32,000 bases of DNA from assembly GCF_020969955.1 (NCBI RefSeq), contig NZ_JAHDSX010000020.1, positions 9,237-41,236 of the forward strand. Reading direction: 5' to 3'. Shown here piece by piece: positions 1-9,124 of this stretch. The position numbers and the translations under genes are program-made. Numbering within the stretch: the first letter of the stretch is position 1; each line of letters starts with the position of its first letter. This DNA is from Allobaculum fili. GTDB taxonomy: Bacteria; Bacillota_I; Bacilli_A; Erysipelotrichales; Erysipelotrichaceae. The notes below the pieces were generated by a model. That model made no database searches, was not told the DNA's origin, and saw only the letters and a program-made list of their open reading frames with translations.

Positions 1-20
1 GCGGAACAGATTCGACAGGC

Positions 21-1808
21 ATGAAATCACACTCGCAAGAAAGGACAGAAACTGTTATGGAACTCATCAACATTCTTGAAGATGAACATCTTTCTACGCT
101 GAACCATTCTGCAGCCCATCTGATGGCGCAGGCAGTGAAACGTCTGTATCCTCAGGCAAAGTTCTGGGTTGGACCGGTCATCAGCGATGGCTTCTACTAC
201 GATATGGATCTTGGCGATGTCAGTCTGACCGATGAAGACCTCGTCAAAATCGAAAAGGAAATGAAGAAGATCGCCAAGGACGGCAAGCGCATTGTTCGCC
301 GCGAAGTGTCCAAGGAAGAAGCCCGTGAAATGTTCGCGGACGATCTGTACAAGGAAGATCTGATCGACGGACTCGAAGACGGAAACATCACCGTCTATTC
401 GCAGGGTGAATTTACCGACCTCTGCCGCGGACCGCACGTGGATTCCGTGAAAGAACTGAAAAACGTAAAACTGCTCAAGCACTCCGGCGCCTACTGGAAA
501 GGCGACAAGAACAACAAAATGCTTCAGCGTGTTTACGGTATTGCCTTTGATACCAAGGAACAGCTCGACGACTATCTGGCAGCGCTCGAAGAAGCGAAAA
601 AACGCGACCACAAGAAACTTGGCCGTGAAATGAACCTGTTTACGGTTTCGGAATATGCACCAGGTATGCCGATTTTCCTGCCGGATGGTATGATTCTGCG
701 GAATCTGCTTGAAAACTACTGGTACGACATTCATGCCAAAAACGGTTACAAGTTCATCAAGACACCAATCATGATGTCCCGTGAACTTTGGGAACGCTCC
801 GGCCACTGGGATCACTACAAGAACAACATGTACACATCCAAAGTGGACGACCGCGATTTTGCCATCAAGCCTATGAATTGCCCGGGTGCGCTGCTCGTCT
901 ATAACAACGACCTGCACTCCTACAAGGATCTGCCGCTGCGAATCGGCGAACTGGGTCAGGTTCACCGCCACGAAGCGTCCGGCGCGCTGAACGGTCTGTT
1001 CCGCGTTCGTACGTTTACCCAGGATGATGCGCATATTTTCGTAACTCCGGATCAGATCGAATCCGAAGTTAAGGGCGTTCTGGATCTGATCGACCAGATT
1101 TACGGCGTATTCGGTCTGCCGTACACGATCGAACTGTCCACTCGTCCGGAAAAGGACTACATCGGAACCATCGAAATCTGGGATAAATCCGAAAAAGCCC
1201 TCGCGGATGCCTGCGTCAAAGCCGGCAAGGACTACACCGTAAACCCGGGCGACGGCGCCTTCTACGGACCGAAACTGGATATCCATATCAAGGATTCCCT
1301 CGGCCGTGACTGGCAGTGCGGAACGATCCAGCTCGACATGAACCTGCCAGAACGTTTTGAATGCACTTACGTAGATGCGGACGGCTCGAGAAAAACACCG
1401 CTCATGCTGCACCGTGTAATTTATGGATCCATCGAACGCTTTATCGGTATTCTGATTGAGCACTTCGGCGGTCACTTCCCGCTGTGGCTGGCCCCGAAAC
1501 AGTTCGTTGTCATTCCGGTTCATCAGGAAAAACATGCGGCGTACGCCAGAGAAGTGGCAGATGCCCTCGAAAAACTCGGCATGCGTGTCAGCGTCGATGA
1601 TCGCAATGAGAAACTCGGCTACCGCATTCGTGAAGCCCAGATGAAGAAAATTCCGTATCAGCTTGTTGTCGGCGACCGCGATATGGAAGCCGGAACGGTA
1701 ACCATCCGTAAATCCGGAAGCAAGGACGCGGTAACTCTGACGCTCAATGAGGCTCTTGATCGCTTTAAGAAGGAGGTTGACGACAAATGTCTCTTTACCA
1801 TCGATTAA
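21..1808 (+). CDS. thrS: Threonine--tRNA ligase (ThrRS); 5' end probably lies upstream of the window
   Basis: 595-aa ORF. It has the HSAAHLMAQAVKRLYP / GPVISDGFYYD second-additional (editing) domain, class II catalytic core segments (FRVRTFTQDDAHIF, GAFYGPKLD, MLHRVIYGSIERF) and a C-terminal anticodon-binding domain. The frame has no stop between nt 3 and the first ATG, and the usual N-terminal TGS domain is missing, so the true start is likely before nt 1. Confidence 0.95.
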   Translation: MKSHSQERTETVMELINILEDEHLSTLNHSAAHLMAQAVKRLYPQAKFWVGPVISDGFYYDMDLGDVSLTDEDLVKIEKEMKKIAKDGKRIVRREVSKEEAREMFADDLYKEDLIDGLEDGNITVYSQGEFTDLCRGPHVDSVKELKNVKLLKHSGAYWKGDKNNKMLQRVYGIAFDTKEQLDDYLAALEEAKKRDHKKLGREMNLFTVSEYAPGMPIFLPDGMILRNLLENYWYDIHAKNGYKFIKTPIMMSRELWERSGHWDHYKNNMYTSKVDDRDFAIKPMNCPGALLVYNNDLHSYKDLPLRIGELGQVHRHEASGALNGLFRVRTFTQDDAHIFVTPDQIESEVKGVLDLIDQIYGVFGLPYTIELSTRPEKDYIGTIEIWDKSEKALADACVKAGKDYTVNPGDGAFYGPKLDIHIKDSLGRDWQCGTIQLDMNLPERFECTYVDADGSRKTPLMLHRVIYGSIERFIGILIEHFGGHFPLWLAPKQFVVIPVHQEKHAAYAREVADALEKLGMRVSVDDRNEKLGYRIREAQMKKIPYQLVVGDRDMEAGTVTIRKSGSKDAVTLTLNEALDRFKKEVDDKCLFTID

Positions 1809-2749
1809 AACCCGCCCTGTGCGGACTGCTCGCACTCGGCCTGGCTGCCTGCAGCTCACCAGCTCCTGCTGCATCCAGCAGCGAAGCATCTTCCACATCG
1901 TCCAAAGGATCGGAAACGGCTCTTGCTGAACCTTTGAAAGTACTCTGCCCGCAGGGTGCACCGGCTCTAGCTACACTTGGCCTCGAAGTCGATGACGCGG
2001 ATGTGGAATATGTTGAAGGCCAGGATCTGCTGGTCAGCGAACTGTCCAAGAAAGAGGGCGACTACGATATGATCGTCGCTCCAATCAACCTGGGTGTAAA
2101 AACCTGGAAAGAAGCTGAAGCCTATCAGCTTGAAGGCGTTCTGACCTGGGGCAACCTGTATGTAGTCAGCGCCGATGAAACCTGGAATGCGCCGGATATG
2201 AAAATCGCTCTGTTTGGCGAAGGCGCTGTTCCTGGACTTGTCTTTGATGAAGTCTATCCGGATCTGCAGGCGACCAGCGAATACTATCCGTCGGTAGCCG
2301 AAGCGTCTACCGCTCTGGTTTCCGGAAAAGTGGATGCCGCTCTGCTTGCACAGCCTGCAGCCGCTGGTGCTGTAGCCAAAGCCAAGGAAAACGGTACCGA
2401 ACTGAAAGTACAGGCCGATCTGCAGCAGCTCTGGCAGGAAAAACACGAAACCAGCCAGAAAGGCTATCCGCAGGCCGCTCTGTTCGTGAAGAAAGATCAC
2501 GCCAAAGATTACCAGAATGCCATCGACAAAATGGCTGACTATCTGAAAACGGCAGACGAAGCCAAGATCGAAGAAGATGTCGATCTGCTCACACCGGATA
2601 AACTCGGTGTTCCAAATGCGAAACTCGCAGCCAAGACCTGGGCACAGCAGAACATCCACTTTGAAAAAGCCGCTGATGTAGAAGAAGACATCACCAAATT
2701 CCTCGACGTCTTTGGCATGAAACTGCCGGAAGGTCTGCTTGTAAAGTAA
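1787..2749 (+). CDS. Lipoprotein, putative solute-binding protein (periplasmic-binding-fold, ABC/NMT1-like), orphan
   Basis: 320-aa ORF. The signal peptide ends in the lipobox LGLAAC and is followed by a Ser/Ala-rich tether. A strong RBS (GAAGGAGG) lies inside the thrS 3' end, and the ORF overlaps thrS by 22 nt. The binding-protein call rests on general sequence character only. Confidence 0.75.
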   Translation: MSLYHRLKPALCGLLALGLAACSSPAPAASSSEASSTSSKGSETALAEPLKVLCPQGAPALATLGLEVDDADVEYVEGQDLLVSELSKKEGDYDMIVAPINLGVKTWKEAEAYQLEGVLTWGNLYVVSADETWNAPDMKIALFGEGAVPGLVFDEVYPDLQATSEYYPSVAEASTALVSGKVDAALLAQPAAAGAVAKAKENGTELKVQADLQQLWQEKHETSQKGYPQAALFVKKDHAKDYQNAIDKMADYLKTADEAKIEEDVDLLTPDKLGVPNAKLAAKTWAQQNIHFEKAADVEEDITKFLDVFGMKLPEGLLVK

Positions 2750-2851
2750 GACACGATTGAGAAATAAAAATGCCAGTCCTTTCTTTGTTCAGGCATTGGA
2801 CTTTTTCCTTCCTCAGGCTTTGCCTACACTGAGCTTGTGGAGGGCCATGTC

Positions 2852-3016
2852 ATGAACGAAGAACAGGCACATGTACAGTTTCTGAAAGATAAAGCCCAGT
2901 CTTTAGGCCTTACGTTTGAGCAGTACATGTTATTTCTCATTTTCGAAAACATTGAACATTCGCCGTATTTCAATACGCCCGCACCCGTTTTGCAAAAGGA
3001 ACTGTGGCAAAACTGA
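2852..3016 (+). CDS. Small hypothetical protein (54 aa), below the ORF-track cutoff
   Basis: ATG at 2852 lies 8 nt after GGAGG (2839-2843). Product: MNEEQAHVQFLKDKAQSLGLTFEQYMLFLIFENIEHSPYFNTPAPVLQKELWQN. Stop at 3014-3016, followed 35 nt later by a perfect intrinsic terminator. Confidence 0.4.
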   Translation: MNEEQAHVQFLKDKAQSLGLTFEQYMLFLIFENIEHSPYFNTPAPVLQKELWQN

Positions 3017-3050
3017 ACCGGCGACGGATTCAAGATCCAGTAAAATGAGA

Positions 3051-3085
3051 AGAAGACAGCCGCAAAAGCTGTCTTCTTTTTTTTC
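3051..3085 (+). terminator. Rho-independent terminator
   Basis: 10-bp perfect stem AGAAGACAGC / GCTGTCTTCT with a 7-nt loop, followed by a T8 run. Confidence 0.85.
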
Positions 3086-3524
3086 GCGGCGCTGTTTTCA
3101 AAATCAAAAGCGTTCGTCTTCCGGTCCGAATTCTGGATTCTTCCGGATGTGCAGTACTCTAAATAGGAAGATGTCCGCCGTTTTGATAGACTCTTTTTGA
3201 AATCCGCAAACGTAAAAGCGAAAACAGGACGACAGTCCCGCTTTACCAGAGAAAAAATCGAAGCCGATCGACAGCTGCTTTCCGAAAGAAAAAGGGCTTA
3301 CAACGCTCAGTACACTGAAAGTAGAAGCTTGATTTTGCCGTAAAACGCCGTTAGTGTGTCGAAAATGACCGATGCCTATCCAAAAACGGCAATATACCCC
3401 CGGAAAACGAGAAACATCGGCTTTTGCAGAGCCGCCAGCGAATCCTGAATACGAGCTCAAAATGCGTGGTTCAGATTAAGCCGACTGAATCTTTGGTAAA
3501 CCGATATGGAAAGAAGGAATCTCA

Positions 3525-4130
3525 ATGAAAACGGTCTGGATTGCGACCGGCAACGCGCATAAAGCCGAAGAATTTGGGCAGATGCTCGGAAAGGACGTGC
3601 AGATTCGCACCCTGAAAGATCTTGAGAAGGAACCGGAAATTGTAGAAGACGGAAAAACCTTTGAAGAAAACGCGCTCATTAAAGCCCGTGCTCTGCATAA
3701 GCTGGTCAAGGCTTCCGTCTTTTCGGACGACTCCGGTCTGGAAGTGGATGCCCTGAACGGAGCCCCCGGCATTTATTCCGCCCGCTTCATGGGAGAAGAC
3801 ACCAGCTACGACATTAAGAATCAGGCGATTCTGGATGAGATTGCCGATAAAAAAGGCGACGAAAGATCCGCCCGCTTCGTCTGCGCCATCGCCTGGATCG
3901 AAGAGGACGGTACCGAACACGTCTACCGCGGCGTAATGGAAGGACGGATTCATGATCGCATCGAAGGCGAACACGGCTTTGGCTACGATCCGATTTTCTA
4001 CTATCCGCCATTTGGCACGACGAGCGCCAACGTTGCTCCGGAAAAGAAAAACGCGGCCAGTCATCGGCACAATGCTCTGGAGCAGATGATGAAAGACTGG
4101 AAGAAAAAGTCAGGTGCAAATAATGATTAA
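3525..4130 (+). CDS. rdgB: dITP/XTP pyrophosphatase (non-canonical purine NTP pyrophosphatase, RdgB/HAM1 family)
   Basis: 201-aa ORF with family hallmarks: IATGNAHKAEEF at the N-terminus, SDDSGLEVDALNGAPGIYSARF, and GFGYDPIF near the C-terminus. Confidence 0.92.
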   Translation: MKTVWIATGNAHKAEEFGQMLGKDVQIRTLKDLEKEPEIVEDGKTFEENALIKARALHKLVKASVFSDDSGLEVDALNGAPGIYSARFMGEDTSYDIKNQAILDEIADKKGDERSARFVCAIAWIEEDGTEHVYRGVMEGRIHDRIEGEHGFGYDPIFYYPPFGTTSANVAPEKKNAASHRHNALEQMMKDWKKKSGANND

Positions 4131-4653
4131 CGTTGTACTTTATGAGCCCGAAATACCGGCAAATACTGGCAACATAATAAGAACCTGTATGGCCACGGGA
4201 TCGGTTCTGCACCTGATCGAACCGCTTGGCTTCACGTTTGAAGACAAGTATCTGCGGCGGGCAGGTATGGATTATATAAAGGATGCGGACATCCGCATTT
4301 ATAAAAACTGGGACGATTTTGCTTCGAAAAACCCCGAGGAGCGCTGCTTCTTTCTGACCCGTTACGGCAAGCAGCCGCCTTCTTCCTTTGACTTCTCCAA
4401 CCCGGATGAAGATGTCTATTTTGTTTTAGGCAAGGAAAGCACGGGAGTGGATAAAGCCATTCTCAAGCGCAATATCGAGAGGTGCATGCGCCTGCCGATG
4501 GTGCCCAACGCGCGCAGTCTCAACCTGGGCAACTGCACGGCGATCATGGTGTATGAGGCGCTTCGCCAGCAAAATTATCCAAATCTCTCCTTTTCGGAGC
4601 AGCTCAAAGGCGAAGATTTTCTGGAAAACTATCAGCCGCCTGTACAGGACTAG
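4123..4653 (+). CDS. trmL: tRNA (cytidine(34)-2'-O)-methyltransferase TrmL (SpoU/TrmH family)
   Basis: MINVVLYEPEIPANTGNIIRTCMATGSVLHLIEPLGF closely parallels the E. coli TrmL N-terminus. The C-terminal knot motif RLPMVPNARSLNLGNCTAIMVYEA is present. ATG 4123 has AGGTG 6 nt upstream and overlaps the rdgB end by 8 nt. An in-frame GTG at 4114 is the ORF-track start. Confidence 0.9.
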   Translation: MINVVLYEPEIPANTGNIIRTCMATGSVLHLIEPLGFTFEDKYLRRAGMDYIKDADIRIYKNWDDFASKNPEERCFFLTRYGKQPPSSFDFSNPDEDVYFVLGKESTGVDKAILKRNIERCMRLPMVPNARSLNLGNCTAIMVYEALRQQNYPNLSFSEQLKGEDFLENYQPPVQD

Positions 4654-4741
4654 AACATCCTCTCCTGTTTGCTGGCAGAACTGCACGCCCGGCAGAAACC
4701 TTGTATGACCCTTTGCGACCCGCTCACAGAAAACACATATG

Positions 4742-4801
4742 GCTGTCTGAACAATAGACATGAAGCGAAACCTTCCTGTCCTGGTTCAGACGGCTTTTTT
4801 T
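4742..4801 (+). terminator. Probable rho-independent terminator of the rdgB-trmL unit
   Basis: Outer stem GCTGTCTGAAC / GTTCAGACGGC (one G-U pair), inner GACA/TGTC pairing, then a T7 run at 4795-4801. Confidence 0.7.
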
Positions 4802-4884
4802 GATGGACCTCCGCTCAAAGTCTTTATGTTATTCCGTTGCTATTCGCTTATAAAACGAGACGCTTTTTTCCAATGCCTTTCTAT

Positions 4885-4920
4885 ATATAAAGGGATAAAA
4901 ATATATAAAGGGATAAAAAT
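4885..4920. repeat. Perfect 18-nt tandem duplication (ATATAAAGGGATAAAAAT x2)
   Basis: Copies at 4885-4902 and 4903-4920 are identical. They lie in non-coding DNA. Confidence 0.9.
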
Positions 4921-5034
4921 CTATAGGCTTTCTTAATCCTGAGGCGTGTTCAATCCGATACCTTTCTGGACGCAAATAAACCCGAAAACAGCCCGCTGCC
5001 TGGCGCATTTCGAACCGGTCCTTTCCTTATATAG

Positions 5035-5082
5035 GAAATACAGGAAGTAGGGAATACAGGAGGAGAAGACAGAAATACAGAA
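5035..5082. repeat. Three spaced copies of the G(A/G)AATACAG(G/A)A motif
   Basis: Copies at 5035-5045, 5051-5061 and 5072-5082, all in a purine-rich non-coding stretch. Confidence 0.6.
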
Positions 5083-5259
5083 AGATCCGGATCCAGCCGC
5101 TCGACTGAGCACCTGACGAAGACGAGTTTGCCAAGAAGAGAATAAAGACGTGTGGGCCTGAGCAGGAAGTAAGCGTACAGGGATGAGTCTGCAGGCATCC
5201 GGACATCCTGGGCTAGGAATGCGTGAGGCGCATGGAGAGGCTTTCTCTTTCGTTTCTAT

Positions 5260-5283
5260 ATAGAAAGAGCGATAGAAAGAGCG
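5260..5283. repeat. 12-nt tandem duplication (ATAGAAAGAGCG x2) next to the palindrome TTTCTATATAGAAA
   Basis: Copies at 5260-5271 and 5272-5283 are identical. CTCTTTC (5244-5250) can pair with GAAAGAG (5263-5269). Confidence 0.8.
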
Positions 5284-5883
5284 GACGGCTTTTCGATCCA
5301 TGGTCTGACGGATCGGTTGAAGGCTGAACAAAGGCAGCTCTTGCCGTATGCAGGCCGAAAAGAAAGGAAACAGGGCCGGCTTTAAAAGTTAACAGCCGTT
5401 AAGAATTTACCGGACCGGATGAGGGTGCCAAACTCCCCGAAAAGAAGAGGAAAATCATCCATTTTGCGATTCTGGCTCATAGCGGCCAGCCAATTTATCG
5501 TCCAAAAACCGACATACTCGGGTATTTGTCTGTCCTTGAACGTCCCTTAAACGGCCCAATTGGGTCAAAATCGGGGAAAAAGCCGTTTATGAATCGTTAT
5601 GGTTGACGAAATCATACATATTGGATATCCGATTTTCTTCTGAAAAAAAAACATCATTTATGTTGTTCTAAATGGAATAGAGAAGTGTGCGAATTGCTTT
5701 CAAAATTTCATGAATTATCACACGAATTCCCACAAACTATTTTGAGGTCCTTTACTTAAAGGGCCTCAGGAAAAAACCACGTTAGAAATTCTTAAGAAAT
5801 TCCGAAGATATTTTTTGGGGAATTTTGCGTCTCAAAATAAGTCGTGCTAAGGTATGGATGTTCGAAAAAGAGGTGAGATAGAA

Positions 5884-7185
5884 ATGAATTTTGTTGAAAA
5901 ACACAGTAAACTTTTGGCAGTTGCCTTATGTCTTTGTGCTTCCGGCCCCATTCTTTCTACCGTTCATGCTTACGAAGTCCAGCCTGGCTGGCATTCCAAT
6001 GGAGAAGTAAGTTATTATGTATTTGACGATCACCAGAGAGCGAAAGGTCTCACGGTAATCGACGGCGCAACATACTATTTCGATCAGAACGGAGAAATGC
6101 AGCGCGGCTGGCAGAATATCAATAACGAAACTTATTACTTTGATAATAACGGTCAGGCCGTAACCGGCAAATCAGAAATCCAGGGTATGACCTATAACTT
6201 CCAGCAGAGTGGTGCTCTTGCAGCCGGCTGGAACGAAGACGGTACCTACAGCAACGAAAAAGGATTCCCGGTAGCTTCCACTTGGGTTAACGACGCAACT
6301 GGAAAATTTTACCTGGATGAAAACGGACAGGCTGTAAAAAATTCCTGGAAGGATCTCGATGGCGGACGTTACTATTTTGACGAAAATGGACGTACCGTAA
6401 TCGGTGAGATTCAGGCTGACGGAGCGGTTTATTATTCCGACGACCAGGGTCTTGTAAAGACTGGCTGGCGCGATGAAAACGGCGGACGTTACTACTATAA
6501 CGAAAACGGCGTTCTTAACACCGATACACTGAAGGATGTTGACGGAACCACTTACGCGTTCAACGCAGACGGTTCCCTGATGACCAGCACCACAATCGAC
6601 GGCTACAACGTAGACGAAAACGGTGTCGCAACTCTGATTCCTGTAGAACCAGAAGCACCGGTAGATACGCCTGTAACCGACAATACGGAAATTCTGGATA
6701 CAACAGAGCCGACAGTACCTGCACCAGATCCTAACGACGTTGTCGAAGAACCTGGCGTTGTGACCCCTGTTGATACTCAGCCGGATTATTCCGATCCAAT
6801 CGTTACCCCGGATCCAACTCCGACTCCGCAGCCGGATCCAGCTCCAGTAGAACCCACACCAGATCCAGCGCCTTCCTATGATAAGGCCAACACCATCTAT
6901 CAGGCAGCCATGAGCCAGCTTGGCGTATTCCAGGACTGCACGATGCTCGTTACCAACTCTCTTGCGGCAGCCGGCATTAACTTCCACGGATGGCCTCAGG
7001 ATTACGCAGTACTCGGTGACTGGACAAGCAACCCTGTTCCAGGTGATATCATCATCTACAGCGGACACGTTGCAATTTATGCCGGTAACGGCATGGCAGT
7101 ACACGGCGGATTCAACGGCAACACAACCGTTCTCTTCTCTGTAAACTGCACTTCCGTACTGATTGGCTACATTCACGTACGCTAG
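5884..7185 (+). CDS. Secreted cell-wall-binding-repeat protein with a C-terminal NlpC/P60-type peptidoglycan hydrolase domain
   Basis: The signal peptide ends in VHA|YE. About 10 choline-binding-type (CW_binding_1-like) 20-aa repeats follow (GW..(N/D)G..YYFD.NG). Next is a Pro/Thr/Asp-rich linker, then QDCTMLV ... GDIIIYSGHVAIYAGNGMAVHGG, which gives the Cys/His of the NlpC/P60 fold. The start is set at ATG 5884 (GAGGTG RBS 7 nt upstream) rather than the ORF-track ATG at 5854. Confidence 0.85.
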   Translation: MNFVEKHSKLLAVALCLCASGPILSTVHAYEVQPGWHSNGEVSYYVFDDHQRAKGLTVIDGATYYFDQNGEMQRGWQNINNETYYFDNNGQAVTGKSEIQGMTYNFQQSGALAAGWNEDGTYSNEKGFPVASTWVNDATGKFYLDENGQAVKNSWKDLDGGRYYFDENGRTVIGEIQADGAVYYSDDQGLVKTGWRDENGGRYYYNENGVLNTDTLKDVDGTTYAFNADGSLMTSTTIDGYNVDENGVATLIPVEPEAPVDTPVTDNTEILDTTEPTVPAPDPNDVVEEPGVVTPVDTQPDYSDPIVTPDPTPTPQPDPAPVEPTPDPAPSYDKANTIYQAAMSQLGVFQDCTMLVTNSLAAAGINFHGWPQDYAVLGDWTSNPVPGDIIIYSGHVAIYAGNGMAVHGGFNGNTTVLFSVNCTSVLIGYIHVR

Positions 7186-7199
7186 AAATGAACTTCAAG

Positions 7200-7228
7200 C
7201 TGTCAGCAATTCGCTGGCGGCTTTTTTT
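7200..7228 (+). terminator. Probable rho-independent terminator
   Basis: 8-bp stem CTGTCAGC / GCTGGCGG (two G-U pairs), loop AATTC, then C plus T7. Confidence 0.6.
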
Positions 7229-7625
7229 CATGGCTTCTAAGCCGCAAAAGCATAAAATCCCATTCCTGGTTCTGCCGGGATAGAAAATCCCCGTACAGAG
7301 CGATTCTTAGCCGGATATGAACCTTCTGCGTTTTGAAAAAAGGCTCATTCCGGCTTTTTGTATCGTCTTTTTGAGTGAAACCGCTTGCAGAAAGGGCCAG
7401 GTCGAAGGAGGAGGATTTTCAGAACGGGTGCGCAAAACGAGGAGGGAACAGGATACCCTGCAGATTTATCAGCGCATATGAATCGCACAGGAATAAGGAA
7501 GCGCAAAAAAGAAAAAAGCTTCGGTCAGACAACATCGCCAGACGATCAGACTGCGTAAACACCGTATTCACTTGAAACGCAAAAATATAGGCGAACTATA
7601 TTTATGGCACTAAAACAATCTTAAT

Positions 7626-7633
7626 TGTATAAT
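7626..7633 (+). promoter_or_regulatory. Candidate extended -10 promoter element (TGTTATAAT-like: TG-T-TATAAT)
   Basis: TATAAT at 7628-7633 is preceded by TG at 7626-7627, with no good -35. It lies about 260 nt upstream of the M16 genes. Confidence 0.3.
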
Positions 7634-7894
7634 GTCTATCCTTTGCTATCTTTGGACTTTCCGAATCAGGAGCTCATTTCCCCGGGATTTCCAAACTTTG
7701 GTAATGTGTTAGCGGTGATCTATTGAAAGAAAAGCCGTTTTTAAAGATTTCAAAAATGGTACTGCCCCTTATCTTTTAGGCAAACTCGATACTCACGCGC
7801 TCGTTTTGAGAGCGGTTCTTCTGGAAAAGAATCCCGTCTTTGAATCCAGAAAGCCGGTTCTCGAACGGTAAACTAGAGAAACGAAAGAACATTT

Positions 7895-9124
7895 ATGAAA
7901 CAAATCAAAACCGAAAAATTTACTGAAACTTCACTGAGCGTTCGCTGGTTTGTTCCTCTTGAGCGAAAAGACATCACATCCTGGAATCTGCTCAATGCCA
8001 TGCTCAGTCGAAGTACTGAGAAATACAGCAGCCGCGAAGCCGCCGGCAAAGCCAGTGCGATGGCGTACGGCACCCGCTGTGCATACAGCCTCTGCGCCTA
8101 CGGCAACTATTTGCGCATCGAATATGGCATGCGCTTTTTGCGGGAAAATCTGATCGGCGAAAAAAGCTATACCGCTTTACTGATCGATCTGTTCGACCAG
8201 CACCTGTTTCATCCGCTGCTTACCCAGCCGGTATTAGACGAGGCCAAGTATCTGCTGCGTCTCAACCTGAGCTCCATGGCCCAGCAGCCGGATCTGCGCT
8301 CGCTGGAAATGGCGTTTCAGGCGTTTACGGACTACGAATCCGTATCGATCCCGATCCGCGGCGCCATCGAAGACATTGACCGCGTCACCCTCGAAGACAT
8401 TCGCAGCCTGTACTCCAGACTGATGAAGACGCCCTGCGAAATGATCAGCTGCGGTACGTTCTCGGAAGAATTCAGCCGCCATATCGACAGATCCATCGAC
8501 TCGCAGGACATTTACACAACGTGGGAAAAAGTTGAAGCGTTTCCAACGCCTGTTCGCGTCAGCGAAGAGCGGGAAATCGCGCAGAGCGCCCTCTGTCAGG
8601 TGTACACGACGGACATTCTTCCCGACGATGACGACTACTATGCGCTTCTTGTTCTCGACTCGCTTTTAGGCGGAAGCTCCGTATCGCTTCTGTTTGAAGA
8701 AGTGCGCGAGAAAAACAGCCTGTGCTATTCGATCAGCACATCGCTCGTTCGCTTTTCCGGCCTGCTGCTCATCACGACCGGCGCGGCGCGCAGCGCGCTG
8801 CCTAAAGTCGAAGAGCTCGTCCGTCACATTCTGGAGCAGGTGAAAAACAAGGAAGTGGATCCGGCGACTTTTGAAATGGTCAAAGCCGAAATGATCGACA
8901 GCCTTAAGGGCCAGTCGGATAGTGCCGCGCGCATGATTGAACAGGAATTCCTGAACCAGATTCTGCACCGCACTGACGATATCGGCGATGTGATCGAAAG
9001 CGTCCGTGCCGTTACCCTTGACGATGTAGCCCGCGCAGCCGGCAAGCTGAAACTCGCGGTAACGTCTTCGGTCATGCAGGCCGAAGCGAAAGGACCGCAG
9101 GGAAAGGAGCAGTATGCCGCTTAA
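7895..9124 (+). CDS. M16 (insulinase/pitrilysin) family peptidase-like protein, non-catalytic subunit (no HxxEH)
   Basis: 409-aa ORF with the typical two-lobed M16 length and C-terminal-lobe character, but no zinc-binding HxxEH motif. It overlaps the downstream active M16 gene by 11 nt. Confidence 0.8.
   Translation: MKQIKTEKFTETSLSVRWFVPLERKDITSWNLLNAMLSRSTEKYSSREAAGKASAMAYGTRCAYSLCAYGNYLRIEYGMRFLRENLIGEKSYTALLIDLFDQHLFHPLLTQPVLDEAKYLLRLNLSSMAQQPDLRSLEMAFQAFTDYESVSIPIRGAIEDIDRVTLEDIRSLYSRLMKTPCEMISCGTFSEEFSRHIDRSIDSQDIYTTWEKVEAFPTPVRVSEEREIAQSALCQVYTTDILPDDDDYYALLVLDSLLGGSSVSLLFEEVREKNSLCYSISTSLVRFSGLLLITTGAARSALPKVEELVRHILEQVKNKEVDPATFEMVKAEMIDSLKGQSDSAARMIEQEFLNQILHRTDDIGDVIESVRAVTLDDVARAAGKLKLAVTSSVMQAEAKGPQGKEQYAA

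Noticed and set aside
27-1961. 644-aa ORF antisense to thrS. Similar long antisense ORFs occur at 9072-10334, 14037-15947, 11686-12783, 6172-7176, 16064-16795 and 17232-18095.
   Set aside because: These are shadow ORFs. They mirror well-supported sense genes codon for codon, have Arg/Phe/Val/Cys-rich low-plausibility composition and lack an RBS. They stay open because the sense genes rarely use TTA, CTA and TCA codons.
3104-3460. 118-aa - strand ORF in the gap between the small ORF terminator and rdgB.
   Set aside because: It has a TTG start without an RBS and implausible Phe/Ser/Gly/Arg-rich composition, and I recognise no motif. The region is treated as non-coding.
4885-4920. Possible CRISPR or iteron array at the 18-nt tandem repeat.
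   Set aside because: There are only two abutting copies with no spacers and no cas genes. It is recorded simply as a tandem duplication.
4933-5331. 132-aa and 82-aa - strand ORFs in the 1.2-kb gap.
   Set aside because: They overlap each other in different frames, have Arg/Ser/Cys/Pro-rich composition and lack an RBS. They are more likely chance ORFs opposite a purine-rich + strand.
5854-5883. ATG 5854 as the start of the cell-wall-binding hydrolase.
   Set aside because: There is no RBS, and it would add a charged 10-aa extension before the signal peptide. ATG 5884 has GAGGTG at the correct spacing.
7375-7575. 66-aa GTG-initiated ORF in the gap upstream of the M16 genes.
   Set aside because: It is highly basic and low-complexity, with no RBS and no recognisable fold signature.
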